Source: an uncultured virus (IMG/VR IMGVR_UViG_3300030098_004510) (taxonomy: Duplodnaviria; Heunggongvirae; Uroviricota; Caudoviricetes). Taken from it: a stretch of 64,000 bases of DNA. Under the pieces are notes generated by a model. The model did no database searches. It had not been told where the DNA came from and saw nothing but the letters and a program-made list of their open reading frames with translations. A program made the translations under genes and the position numbers. Position 1 is the first letter of the stretch, and each line of letters opens with the position of its first letter. Below are positions 46,720 to 56,695 of this stretch, piece by piece. The DNA lies in IMG/VR virus record IMGVR_UViG_3300030098_004510; one strand, 5' to 3'.

Positions 46720-48331
46720 AGCTGAGTGTCCTGTTACAGCAACAGGATTATGTACGCCAGGTGTAGAAGAGACAATAGTAGAAGACATAGTAGAAACCAC
46801 AGAATACCAAGCTGATGGATATACAGTCACAACAGAAACTACCACAACAACGACAACAGTAACTACAACTAATGAAGATTCAGGTGATTTACTTGATGGT
46901 GATAATGATTATGTCACATCTAAATACGAAGGTGATATGGATGTGGACTGGGGAGGACAAGGTCCTGCAAACATGCCCTCAGGCAACAGCTGCTACGGAC
47001 TAGGTGCTGATAAGTGTGCACAAATCACAGGTAGTGGTAACTCAACATCAATAATGGGTGTGAGTGGCATGGGTACTACATTTATTAATACAATAGATAT
47101 TTCTGACTTAGATATAGAGAACGGAGGGAGAACAAACTACACAATTAAAATAGACAAACAAGATGCACAAGATCGTATTTATATGCATGTAACGGGACGT
47201 AATGGTAATACAAATGTATTTAGTGGCACGGATATATTATCTGAATCAGGTGTTGCAACAGGATTTGCTGAGTATGCAGGTGGATGGGATTTCTCTGGAT
47301 CTATTACAAAAATAATTGTGGAGGTAGGTGGACGCGATATCAACCTGGCAATTGGACCGCTTTTTGATGATGTAAAAATAAATGTATTATACAACGTGGT
47401 AAACACAATCGTTAGTGAAACAATAACCACTGTTGAAATGTGGGTAGCGATGGGTGGTAGCACAGAGACTGAAGTTATTGATATTGTTGAAAATATTTTT
47501 GAACACAATGACATTGTTGTTGATGGTCCAGGTGATGATTTATATTTTGAACCAGAATTTGATGAGCCTGACATGGATGTATCTTACGAAACTGTTGAGA
47601 TGGAAATGGAGATGGATTTTAATTTTGAGATGGATTTTGAAATGGATATGCCTGACATGCCAGCCATGGAGATGGAAGAAATCGAAGTAGTTGCATTAGA
47701 ATTTGAAATGGAGATGGAAATGGAAATGGATTTAGAAATGCCGGAGATGGATATGCCTGAACCGGAGATGGAGACACCACAACCTGAAATGGACGAGGTC
47801 CAAGAAGAACCTATGCCAGAACCAGAAATGGAAGAACCGGAATCTAAACCAGAAATGGAGGAGGTAAAAGATGAACCTACTGAAGAACCTGCTGAAGAGC
47901 CTACTGAAGATGTGGCAGAAGAGGCAGAGAACAAAGAGAGCGTATCAGAGGTTGAAGCAGATGAGGAGCAACCAGAAGATATGGAAGAAACAGAAGATAA
48001 GGGTAAAGCCGATAAGAGTAAAGACAATGAGAAACCTGTAAAAAAACAAGAGCAAAAAGAAAAAGCTGCTAAGAAAATTGTAAAGAAAATGGGTGATAAA
48101 GGTAGATATGATTCTACTAACCAGACTAAAACACTCATAGTCATGCAGGTGCTAGGTGACACAAAGACTTTTTTTGACTCACAGCAACAGCTAGAGGATA
48201 GGGTCGGATTCTTTACAGATATGGTAATTCCTGATACAAAGATAGAAGATAATAATATAGCAGGCTATTTTTTATTTGTCGGAAGTGATGGCCTGATGAA
48301 TCAAATAGAGGAGAGCCAGTGGCAGAATTAG
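46646..48331 (+). CDS. Secreted acidic Met/Glu-rich protein, 561 aa
   Basis: Signal peptide (SLRA-E); beta domain; (EM)n and PEPEME tracts. Confidence 0.75.
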   Translation: MDKNLRNLFYLAWLCILVLSPFSLRAECPVTATGLCTPGVEETIVEDIVETTEYQADGYTVTTETTTTTTTVTTTNEDSGDLLDGDNDYVTSKYEGDMDVDWGGQGPANMPSGNSCYGLGADKCAQITGSGNSTSIMGVSGMGTTFINTIDISDLDIENGGRTNYTIKIDKQDAQDRIYMHVTGRNGNTNVFSGTDILSESGVATGFAEYAGGWDFSGSITKIIVEVGGRDINLAIGPLFDDVKINVLYNVVNTIVSETITTVEMWVAMGGSTETEVIDIVENIFEHNDIVVDGPGDDLYFEPEFDEPDMDVSYETVEMEMEMDFNFEMDFEMDMPDMPAMEMEEIEVVALEFEMEMEMEMDLEMPEMDMPEPEMETPQPEMDEVQEEPMPEPEMEEPESKPEMEEVKDEPTEEPAEEPTEDVAEEAENKESVSEVEADEEQPEDMEETEDKGKADKSKDNEKPVKKQEQKEKAAKKIVKKMGDKGRYDSTNQTKTLIVMQVLGDTKTFFDSQQQLEDRVGFFTDMVIPDTKIEDNNIAGYFLFVGSDGLMNQIEESQWQN

Positions 48332-48864
48332 AGGTAGCAGGTATTAAGTTTCGTGGCGGGAAGATATTCCTGGTATTGACCGCACTCACCACAGCTGGTG
48401 GTGCTTTATGGGGCGGCTTTGAATTTTACAAAGATTATCTAACAATGAAACAACAGATCCAGGAATATGTAGCACCGGATCTATCAGAATTTGATAAGAA
48501 CATTGCGCTAACAAAAGAAGAAATGTCTAGCAAGACAGAGCTCTTACAGACAGAAATTGAAATGCTAATGGGTGAAATGGAAATGATGATGCAAGAAATA
48601 AGACTTGTATCAGATGTAGCAAACGAATTAAAGAATGACCTACGCCAGGACGTAAGACGTATTGAATCTATTGTTAATGACGTTGAACAACAAACCAAAG
48701 AGGATTCTAGAGACAATGCGCAAGAATTAAAAACAACTATTAAAGATATAGAAGATGATATGAAAAAACTAGAAGCTGACATAAAAGAAGCACAAGCAGA
48801 ACTAGAAGAGAAAATAGATAAAAGGATTAAACGTGCTTTAGAAAACCCATTAGGAGCATCATGA
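48319..48864 (+). CDS. Membrane-anchored coiled-coil protein
   Basis: TM segment then long heptad repeat. Confidence 0.75.
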   Translation: MAELEVAGIKFRGGKIFLVLTALTTAGGALWGGFEFYKDYLTMKQQIQEYVAPDLSEFDKNIALTKEEMSSKTELLQTEIEMLMGEMEMMMQEIRLVSDVANELKNDLRQDVRRIESIVNDVEQQTKEDSRDNAQELKTTIKDIEDDMKKLEADIKEAQAELEEKIDKRIKRALENPLGAS

Positions 48865-49220
48865 AGATATCAGATAACACTAGCATAAGTATGCCTATGA
48901 GAAACCTAATTGGCCTCATCGCGGCCATAGGGATTGGGATATTTGCTTACAGCGATTTAACACAAAGGTTAACCCAACTTGAGACAGCAAGACAATTGAT
49001 GGAAGCCGATTTGTTAAAAAAAGCTGAGCAGACCCCTGTAAATCAGGAGCTCTATATGTTAATCGAGTTTCTAGCCGGACAGAATGAGGTCATGGAAAAA
49101 GAAATACAATCAATTGAAAGTAATAATATAAATATAGATTTTTTAAAAACACAGGTGGAGAAAATGCAAAAAGACGTAGAACAATTAAAAGATAAGGTAA
49201 GACAAAATGGCAGTAACTGA
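48861..49220 (+). CDS. Membrane-anchored coiled-coil protein
   Basis: MPMRNLIGLIAAIGIGIFAY then heptads. Confidence 0.75.
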   Translation: MKISDNTSISMPMRNLIGLIAAIGIGIFAYSDLTQRLTQLETARQLMEADLLKKAEQTPVNQELYMLIEFLAGQNEVMEKEIQSIESNNINIDFLKTQVEKMQKDVEQLKDKVRQNGSN

Positions 49221-49440
49221 GGTAGTATTCGCAATGATGATGATAGTCAATGGGTCCATGGATGGATTTATGAAGACAGAAGGTTTAGCTCATTGTCTTA
49301 AAGTTAAAAGGGAAAGTGAGCGCAATTTGGCAGATAACAGAACAAATGTTATTCGTTATGAATGTGGTCAAGTGCTAGCAGAATTAGAACCAGATTCAGA
49401 AGGCGTATTAAAAATAAAAAAGATTATAGAACGTAAATAA
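49207..49440 (+). CDS. Small Cys-pair protein
   Basis: VVFAMMMIV..CLKVKR..YEC. Confidence 0.65.
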   Translation: MAVTEVVFAMMMIVNGSMDGFMKTEGLAHCLKVKRESERNLADNRTNVIRYECGQVLAELEPDSEGVLKIKKIIERK

Positions 49441-49505
49441 TGGAACCTGTAACTATAGCTTATATTTTTTTTGGAACACTCTGGGTAATAGGCGTACTAT
49501 CCTAA
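49440..49505 (+). CDS. Single-TM micro-peptide, 21 aa
   Basis: TAATG coupling; MEPVTIAYIFFGTLWVIGVLS. Confidence 0.4.
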   Translation: MEPVTIAYIFFGTLWVIGVLS

Positions 49506-49606
49506 ACCATAAACACACTGGACGTTTAGATCCATCATTCCATACCTCAAGCCAAGGACCGTCACCTACTTTAGCATAGCCCACGCGTGCAGGCCATTGT
49601 TGCTTT

Positions 49607-50008
49607 CTATAGTTGCGCGTACTCCTTAACTTTCTTAAGCATTCCATGCACACCGTTATTTCTTCCTGGGGTTAATAAAGTATCTAACTTTAATATTTTG
49701 AATTCATCTTGATCAAACTTGTTAATGTCCTGGGCGCTCGAGCCACTATACACGTCTGCTATCATGCTAACCATACCCTTCGATATAAGCGCAGCTGAGT
49801 CCGCCGTAAAATATATTTTATCATCAACAAAGTGTGGAACTAACCAGGTCTGTGATTGACAACCAGGCACCTCAAATGATTGAACTTTATGTTCATCATT
49901 CATAGGTAAAGAATTTTTACCAAAGTCCATAATCCAAACAAACTTGTCTTGATCGCCGTCTATATTATTTAGAACTTGCGCGTATCTTTCTAACTTTCTT
50001 TTTATCAC
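49607..50008 (-). CDS. sufE: SufE/CsdE sulfur-acceptor protein
   Basis: VPGCQSQTWL catalytic Cys; FTADSAALISKG; LTPGRNNG. Confidence 0.9.
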   Translation of the reverse strand: MIKRKLERYAQVLNNIDGDQDKFVWIMDFGKNSLPMNDEHKVQSFEVPGCQSQTWLVPHFVDDKIYFTADSAALISKGMVSMIADVYSGSSAQDINKFDQDEFKILKLDTLLTPGRNNGVHGMLKKVKEYAQL

Positions 50009-50115
50009 TCTTCCTCTTTTTAAATAATTTCATCCAACTTAATCTTGGTCCAAAATAAATTGCTTTATATTTTTGATTTAACCAATCGTATGCCCAATAC
50101 CACTGCCAAACGTGT

Positions 50116-50304
50116 TTACTGCTCATGACATTCTATAGAAAAACGATAAAACTCATTTTGTTCATGCCATGACCAATCTTTTCTCATCTTCATACATTCT
50201 TCTTTTATCATAGGTTCGTTTAAAACAATCTGATTTCCAACGTAAACCCAATCATTACCATCAAAACCCCATAGACTAATGACTAGGACAAATAATTGGG
50301 TCAT
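50116..50304 (-). CDS. Small Cys-pair protein
   Basis: Hydrophobic N-terminus; ATGA overlap. Confidence 0.55.
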   Translation of the reverse strand: MTQLFVLVISLWGFDGNDWVYVGNQIVLNEPMIKEECMKMRKDWSWHEQNEFYRFSIECHEQ

Positions 50305-50508
50305 TTTAGTCTTTTACCCGGGTACAAACACACAGCCCACTCTCTTAAAGCCCGATACCGGGCAATTATAAAGGTTTTTATTTCCCAGAAAACAGCCTTT
50401 TCTTCTCCAGGATCCCAAACAGCCATTCTTTCGTGTTTTTGTCGTAAAGACTCACGATAACTAGCATCTAGTATATCTTGTTCCTTTTTCATGTGATCAT
50501 AAAAGTCT

Positions 50509-51153
50509 TCAGTCATTTTTATTTGGCATTTGAATAACATTATCACGTTCTTTAAATTTTATTTTAGCATTAAATGCAATCGTGATACGTTGTCTGTTAC
50601 TTCTATTAACATCTACGTCGTGTAAAAGATAAGATGGAAAACATAACACATCACCATCGCTTGGAGCGTGTCCCATCATACTAGAGTGAGGCATGTGATC
50701 AGGAATCATTTTATACATTTGCTCATGTGTAGCAAATCTAATCACACCTGTGTTGAATCCTTGTACATAATACACACCAGATAGATCTGCATCTGCACGG
50801 TAGTGTGAATGAAATATATTATTGCTTCCTACTTCATTTACATTAGTCCAATAATTAATAGCTGCATCCATAGGTCTTTGTGGAAAGTAATGATCCATGT
50901 AAGCTGACATAATCATACCAATCGGTTTCATTAATTCTGCTTCGCATTTGTATTTCATCATGCTACGCCAGCATCCAGCGTTCGTAGCTGGTAATCCTTT
51001 TGGATCCTTTTTTCTTTCCGCTTCTATCTCTGTCTTTAATAAGTTATTTAAATTCTCAAAATTATCCCATTTTTTATAAAATAATCTTGTGTCTTGTATT
51101 GGTACTTTAGCTATTATTTCTGTCATGATTCTCCGTTGCACATTTTGGACCAC
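50509..51153 (-). CDS. 2OG-Fe(II) oxygenase-like protein (start probably MTEII)
   Basis: WTNVN..HSH..LSGVYYV..FPSYLLHDV..RITIAFN. Confidence 0.8.
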   Translation of the reverse strand: MVQNVQRRIMTEIIAKVPIQDTRLFYKKWDNFENLNNLLKTEIEAERKKDPKGLPATNAGCWRSMMKYKCEAELMKPIGMIMSAYMDHYFPQRPMDAAINYWTNVNEVGSNNIFHSHYRADADLSGVYYVQGFNTGVIRFATHEQMYKMIPDHMPHSSMMGHAPSDGDVLCFPSYLLHDVDVNRSNRQRITIAFNAKIKFKERDNVIQMPNKND

Positions 51154-51337
51154 ATAAGAATATCATTTTATATTCTTGATCCGGGTTAAATTTTTTATCC
51201 AACCAATATAATAATTTCTTAAACCATTTACCACAGATTGAGCATTTAAATTTAGGTCCTGGGCGCACGCTGCTTTTATCATACTCCACAAAGACCCTCG
51301 CATTCATCCGCAAATTCTTCATCAAATGTTTCACCAA
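51107..51337 (-). CDS. Small zinc-finger protein
   Basis: CSIC..CGPKC. Confidence 0.5.
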   Translation of the reverse strand: MVKHLMKNLRMNARVFVEYDKSSVRPGPKFKCSICGKWFKKLLYWLDKKFNPDQEYKMIFLCGPKCATENHDRNNS

Positions 51338-52415
51338 ATAAATTACCTTGTGCTTTTGGTTCCAAGAAGTTTATTTCTCCAAGTGGTTTAGCTGATTTAT
51401 GTAGATATAATTTAGCTTCTGAATTTTTTAATCCATTTCTAATTAAGTTATCTACTTCCACCGCATCGGCAAAATCTTCTGGATAATTTTTCTGCATGTT
51501 TTTCCATTGATCATTGTGATGATAAGGACAACCTATACATGATGACTTACCAGGCATAGGATGTTTCTTTATGTCACGGTACCATTGTAAACAATCCATA
51601 CGTGACATCTTCATTTCTATTAAAGGCCAACGTGATGTCAACCATGGTAGCCTAGCATTTTTCATACGCATGGCTTCATCTGTAGATATACCTATCCATT
51701 GTTCTACAATTACATCTTTAGGTACTCTATGTCTTGGCTTTACACCAAGTAATTCTCTAATCTTTTTTTGTATAGGGATAACTTTATAATCATGTGTACA
51801 CTGACGATATAGCATCCCTACACGTCCACCTTCACGTGCAGCAAACAACGGTGGGTTTGGTACACGTCCAGCAAACGACTTTTCCTCTTCTTTTGACCCT
51901 GGTTCTGGGTTCGCTGCTTTGATAAGATCCTCACGGATACTACTTCTCTCCACAGTTATAAGCGGACAAATCGTTATTGCTTTTCTTAAATATTCTACAT
52001 GCTCATACACAAACTTAGGCTCCCATCCCGTATCAGCAAATATCATATAATCTGGTTTATGTTTTGTTAATCCTTCTTGTGCCATCAATGCTAAACATGA
52101 TGATTGCACACCTGCGCCTAATGATAATATACGCATAGTAGGTTCACGTTGCTCGCCTTTACCTTCTGTGCTGTCGTATTCTGCGCGGTTACCATTTTTA
52201 AGTAAATTCGTTGTTTTAAAATATTTAGGTTCTACGGTAGCTGCAACTGCAGCCATGTTATTTAATTTCTTTTGATCAACTTTAGTGGACATTTGTTCAA
52301 GAACTTTTCTTCTTTCAAATTCCATTTGTTCTGCATTAATTGCAAAATTACTTTTAACATTACCAGCTCTGGCTTTGCCTTGTTCTCGGTACCCGGGTTT
52401 TTTAGTCTCTGTCAT
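51279..52415 (-). CDS. PAPS-reductase-like PP-loop (adenine nucleotide alpha hydrolase) protein with Cys clusters
   Basis: ILSLGAGVQSS, FADTGWEP, WIGISTDE, SSCIGCPYH, ECEGLCGV. Confidence 0.75.
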   Translation of the reverse strand: MTETKKPGYREQGKARAGNVKSNFAINAEQMEFERRKVLEQMSTKVDQKKLNNMAAVAATVEPKYFKTTNLLKNGNRAEYDSTEGKGEQREPTMRILSLGAGVQSSCLALMAQEGLTKHKPDYMIFADTGWEPKFVYEHVEYLRKAITICPLITVERSSIREDLIKAANPEPGSKEEEKSFAGRVPNPPLFAAREGGRVGMLYRQCTHDYKVIPIQKKIRELLGVKPRHRVPKDVIVEQWIGISTDEAMRMKNARLPWLTSRWPLIEMKMSRMDCLQWYRDIKKHPMPGKSSCIGCPYHHNDQWKNMQKNYPEDFADAVEVDNLIRNGLKNSEAKLYLHKSAKPLGEINFLEPKAQGNLFGETFDEEFADECEGLCGV

Positions 52416-52923
52416 AGGCCTCTAGTTCTCTAATTGTTCTGATGATTTTTTGCGTATAATATACGTCTTCAGCATATATTGCAAGTGTCATTACTAACTT
52501 TTCTAAATCAATTTCATCGCTAAAATGCTGGTTAATTCGCTCCTCTCTAAACTCATTATAATGATGATTCTTATTTAGTAACTCCATATAGTAAGATATG
52601 GATTCGCACTTTGTCTCAAAGATCCTAAGCCCCCACGTCGCATTAGGATTACTTAGCGGCTTTAGTTGATCATCTGTTGAGTCAAACGTGCGGATTCCGA
52701 GGAGGTTATTACCCTCACGAGCAAATCTAGATTTACCCCAATTTGATTCATGCACAGCTTGTGCAATTATTAAATTAACTGGAACCCTTTCTTCTTCTGA
52801 ATGCATAGAATTAAGATGTAACGCACACGCACGCACCTGTTCTATAAATTCATCATTGGTTTTATAATCCATTACTGGATTAAAGGATAAACAAACTAAA
52901 AGTGTCTTACAAATCCAGTTCAT
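52402..52923 (-). CDS. Glucosaminidase (GH73/Bax-like)
   Basis: IIAQAVHESNWGKSRFAREGNNLLGI..YAED..Y. Confidence 0.85.
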   Translation of the reverse strand: MNWICKTLLVCLSFNPVMDYKTNDEFIEQVRACALHLNSMHSEEERVPVNLIIAQAVHESNWGKSRFAREGNNLLGIRTFDSTDDQLKPLSNPNATWGLRIFETKCESISYYMELLNKNHHYNEFREERINQHFSDEIDLEKLVMTLAIYAEDVYYTQKIIRTIRELEAYDRD

Positions 52924-53072
52924 TCTTCCTCCTCTTCTTTTGGTCTATAAACATCTACATGACATTTACATTTAGGACACGATAAATTAGTGACCATGCC
53001 ATAAGTTTCGTCGTCTTCTATGTCGTGATCTGCACCCCATATTAATTCTGTTTGACAATGCCAACAATTCAT
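52920..53072 (-). CDS. Zinc-ribbon protein, 50 aa (not in ORF track)
   Basis: MNCWHC..LIWGADHD..NLSCPKC; ATGA overlaps both sides. Confidence 0.7.
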   Translation of the reverse strand: MNCWHCQTELIWGADHDIEDDETYGMVTNLSCPKCKCHVDVYRPKEEEEE

Positions 53073-54913
53073 CCGCCCCAACTATCTCCTAAATCAACAT
53101 CTACTTTTGATGGAACCTCTAATTTAACACAAGTCTCCATGACTTCTTTTATTTCATTAGCTTGTTTTTCATTTTGTACTGAACAATCTAATTCATCATG
53201 CACTTGAATCAAAGGAATCACTCCTAAGTTTTCGTACACTTCAACCATGGCTTTCTTTGTCTGGTCAGCAGCTGATCCTTGAATCAATCTATTAAGAGCC
53301 TTGTAGGTGCCATATCTTTTTATAGCTTCCCCATATTCTACCTTCGCTTGATTCAATGGTAATGGTTTATGAACACCCCATTGTGTTGGTTCCCATAAAT
53401 CAAATCTACATTTACGTCCAAGTAAAGTACGAATAACTCCTTTAGAATTAGCCCTATTCATAACTGCCTCCAACATGCCTTGCATAAATGGTACACGCGC
53501 ACGGAAGTCATTAAGCATAGTCTTAGCTTCCGATGGCTCTAAATCTAGCTCACGAGCTAGTTTATTATATCCCATTCCATACATTACACCAAGTCCAATA
53601 GTCTTCGCAAGACGTCTCTCACAACCCGCCATATCGGCCGTTTGTTGGTGAAAGTCGAGGTCTTTTTTATGATATGCTTCCTGTACTTCCCTAGCACCGG
53701 GCTGTTTGACGAGGCAGGCCCAATGAGTAAGTAGCCTTGGTTCTTGTTGCGAGTAATCTGCTTTGAGCCAATATTGACCCATCTCAGGAATGAATAACTT
53801 CCTAACATCTTTCGCAAACTGGCCACGGCTGGGGACCTGCTGTAAGTTAGGGTGATTATAAGAAAAACGGCCAGACACAGTCCCACCAGTATCAGACCTA
53901 ATTTGATTAATGTGAGCATGTATTCTACCCTCCTCTGAATAGTTCATCAAACCCTGCAAGAATGTACCTCTTAACTTATTTAATTCACGTGCTTGCATGA
54001 TTAATCTTGGCAGTTCATGTGGATGATCTGTCAAAAACATTTTAGTAAATGATGGCGCATCTGTCTTAGCTGTTCTTTCGTATGGTAAACTTAACGCATC
54101 AAAAGCTTTTGCAATTGAAGCTGCTGCCCATATCTCTATGTCCAAACCAGTTAAATGTTTAATGCGCTGCATTAATTTCTTTTCTTTATTATGAAACTTA
54201 TCGTTTAACTGAATACATTTATATGTATCAAACCTAACACCACGACGTGTCATATGGAATATAACATTAATTAATTTACATTCTACATCGTACACTGTTG
54301 TAAGATTGTCTTTAACAATCTCCCACGATAACTTCTCGTGTAACTTGTAAGTTAAATCTGCATCTGCTTCCGCATACTCACCAACAAACTCTGCTGGTAA
54401 TTTATACATTTCTGATTTTGGATTTACACCAAATGCATCAGCGGCTTCTTTAAGCTTTTGCTCATTCTTAAACTCTCCTAGATATTCATGAACAATACTA
54501 TTGAGTGTATATGAATATCTATTCTCATCTATTAACGCAGCAGCTACCATCGTATCATGTATTCTACCTTTAACTTCTATACCAAGTGTCCATAACCAAC
54601 CTATATCATACTGCGCATTGTGAAATACTTTTTCAATTGAATCATCATGACAAATTGATTTTATATATTTTACAACTTTCTTTTCATCCATGTTGCCACC
54701 ACCCTCATGTCCTATAGGATAATAAGCTTTAAAAGAAGCAGTCGCTACGGCAATGCCAATAACTTTTCCTTTTTTAGTTGGCCACCCTGGGCCGTGTTTC
54801 ACGAGCTCTGGATCACATGTCTCCAAGTCAATCGCTACACGTCCCTCTATATGTGGAAACTCCGTGGGTGCTACCCATTGTGAAGTCACTGATTTAAAAA
54901 GATCCTGTGTCAT
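53069..54913 (-). CDS. polA: DNA polymerase family A with 3'-5' exonuclease
   Basis: IDLET, FHNAQYD, ADYSQQEPR, AKTIGLGVMYG, QVHDEL. Confidence 0.95.
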   Translation of the reverse strand: MTQDLFKSVTSQWVAPTEFPHIEGRVAIDLETCDPELVKHGPGWPTKKGKVIGIAVATASFKAYYPIGHEGGGNMDEKKVVKYIKSICHDDSIEKVFHNAQYDIGWLWTLGIEVKGRIHDTMVAAALIDENRYSYTLNSIVHEYLGEFKNEQKLKEAADAFGVNPKSEMYKLPAEFVGEYAEADADLTYKLHEKLSWEIVKDNLTTVYDVECKLINVIFHMTRRGVRFDTYKCIQLNDKFHNKEKKLMQRIKHLTGLDIEIWAAASIAKAFDALSLPYERTAKTDAPSFTKMFLTDHPHELPRLIMQARELNKLRGTFLQGLMNYSEEGRIHAHINQIRSDTGGTVSGRFSYNHPNLQQVPSRGQFAKDVRKLFIPEMGQYWLKADYSQQEPRLLTHWACLVKQPGAREVQEAYHKKDLDFHQQTADMAGCERRLAKTIGLGVMYGMGYNKLARELDLEPSEAKTMLNDFRARVPFMQGMLEAVMNRANSKGVIRTLLGRKCRFDLWEPTQWGVHKPLPLNQAKVEYGEAIKRYGTYKALNRLIQGSAADQTKKAMVEVYENLGVIPLIQVHDELDCSVQNEKQANEIKEVMETCVKLEVPSKVDVDLGDSWGG

Positions 54914-55193
54914 TAATTTCTCCTGCTATTGCTGCATAACCACACATATCAATGAAGTTATCCAAGTTGTTTTTCTTACCTTGAGTGTTTCTTGATATCT
55001 TCATCAGAACCATCATCAATGCCACATCTTCAGCTGTAATACTAGCCATTGGTTGTAGCTTTTTATCAAGATATATATTCCAAAATTCTGCAATTTCTGC
55101 ATGGTTTTGAAATGCATCCCCATGTGTTTCGTTCCTATCACCAGTGACAAGATCTCTAGCTTTCTTTAATATTTCTTCTTTAGTCATGCTCAT
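54894..55193 (-). CDS. DUF6378-like protein
   Basis: GDRNETHGDA..VALMMVLMKISR..DNFIDMCGYAA. Confidence 0.75.
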   Translation of the reverse strand: MSMTKEEILKKARDLVTGDRNETHGDAFQNHAEIAEFWNIYLDKKLQPMASITAEDVALMMVLMKISRNTQGKKNNLDNFIDMCGYAAIAGEINDTGSF

Positions 55194-56695
55194 ATTATGA
55201 ACCCTCCTTCTCTCTGTGGTTGTACTATATGTAGTTGGTTACGAGCGCGTGTAGCCCCTACATAAAATACACGGCATTCATCATCTGAATCTTTTTCCAT
55301 TGCTTCTTGTGACTTTCTTGATAAGTCTGTAAGCAACATTACATTGTCTGCTTCTCCTCCTTTTGCCCCATGAATAGTACTAAGATTAATCTTAGGATTG
55401 GTTGATACCTGCCCTCTTATTTCTATGGCGCGTAAATATTCTTTATCTCTATTTCCTACTTTATCAAAAGCTACATCCCATGGTCTACCTCCCATCAGTA
55501 ATCCATGATGCATAACTAACTCTTCTAATTCATATTGTTCTTTGTCAGCCATCTTAAGATTTTTATGACCTCTTTCAATTCCTATCTGACTAGACATATA
55601 TGAATATATATCTTTTACATCTGGTAATGCTACATGCTCACCATTATTTAATTTCTTCCAAGCTTCTACAGCATTTAAAAGTTTACTAGATATAGGTAAT
55701 TTATTATTTCTTTTATACAACATGCCTTGTAATCTAATGTCACGCTCTATTTCATCAAGCATATAATTTGTTCTAGCCATGACTAGCCAACTACCTGGAT
55801 CTCTTAAATTAACTCCTTCTGGATAATTGTGATAAACAGCTAAGCCACTATTCTCTGTTCCATACCAACTCTTTGCCCTTCTAAATTTAACTCTATTAAT
55901 TATTCTGTGTGATAAGTTTTGTATAACTTTAGAACAACGATAAGATTGTTTAAGTGTTTCTATCTCACCTGGTAACTTAATAAAGTGTCTAACATCAGCT
56001 CCTGCCCAAGTATATATAGCTTGATCATCATCGCCACATACATAAACCTTTTTAGCATTTTGAGAAATCTTATCTACCATACGCCATTGTAATGCGCATA
56101 GATCTTGAGCTTCATCTATGAATACTACGTCTAGTTTAGGAACTGGACCAGACTCCAAATACAATTCAATCATGTCTGTAAAATCAAATACTTCTTTTTT
56201 CTTTTTAAATTCTTCTAGTGATCGTTGAGCTCTAAGTAATGCATGCCATGAAACATCTTGTAAATTAGAATGATTATAATGGTGCTCTAATTCCATACAC
56301 TTCATACGTGCTAAATTAACCTCATTTATCAATATGTTATCCGTCGTAAATATACCCCCGGAATCATTACCATCTGTCACAGATCCTAGATCCATGCCAA
56401 ATGTTTGTGCAAACTCTTTATAATTATCACGCGACATAACTTCAGCTTTGGTTAAACCTAATTGATGAAACGCAAATGAATGTAGTGTTCTAAAATATGG
56501 TAAGTGTTGCTCTTCTAAATCAAACTTCTTCATTGCCCGGTCACGCGCCTCGGTTGCAGCTTTCTTAGTAAAGGCTAGAAAAGCAATACGATCGGGTGGT
56601 GTGCCACGTGCCAATTCTTCTTCCACACGGTTCAATAGTGTATGTGTTTTTCCCGTACCAGGAGGACCTAATATAATTTTAGTTTTAGTTTCCAT
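55190..56695 (-). CDS. UvrD/Rep SF1 helicase
   Basis: GPPGTGKT, IDEAQD, GDDDQAIY, STIHGAKGGE, YVGATRA. Confidence 0.95.
   Translation of the reverse strand: METKTKIILGPPGTGKTHTLLNRVEEELARGTPPDRIAFLAFTKKAATEARDRAMKKFDLEEQHLPYFRTLHSFAFHQLGLTKAEVMSRDNYKEFAQTFGMDLGSVTDGNDSGGIFTTDNILINEVNLARMKCMELEHHYNHSNLQDVSWHALLRAQRSLEEFKKKKEVFDFTDMIELYLESGPVPKLDVVFIDEAQDLCALQWRMVDKISQNAKKVYVCGDDDQAIYTWAGADVRHFIKLPGEIETLKQSYRCSKVIQNLSHRIINRVKFRRAKSWYGTENSGLAVYHNYPEGVNLRDPGSWLVMARTNYMLDEIERDIRLQGMLYKRNNKLPISSKLLNAVEAWKKLNNGEHVALPDVKDIYSYMSSQIGIERGHKNLKMADKEQYELEELVMHHGLLMGGRPWDVAFDKVGNRDKEYLRAIEIRGQVSTNPKINLSTIHGAKGGEADNVMLLTDLSRKSQEAMEKDSDDECRVFYVGATRARNQLHIVQPQREGGFII

Noticed and set aside
47179..48782. Ser/Ile-rich minus-strand ORFs
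   Set aside because: Antisense shadows of Glu/Met-rich and coiled-coil genes
49453..49653. 66-aa minus-strand ORF after sufE
   Set aside because: No convincing start or RBS; overlaps sufE and the + strand operon end; left uncalled
51279..52415. Genuine CysH sulfate-assimilation auxiliary gene
   Set aside because: Lacks the CysH C-terminal ECGLH motif and has a different Cys pattern, so only the fold family is supported
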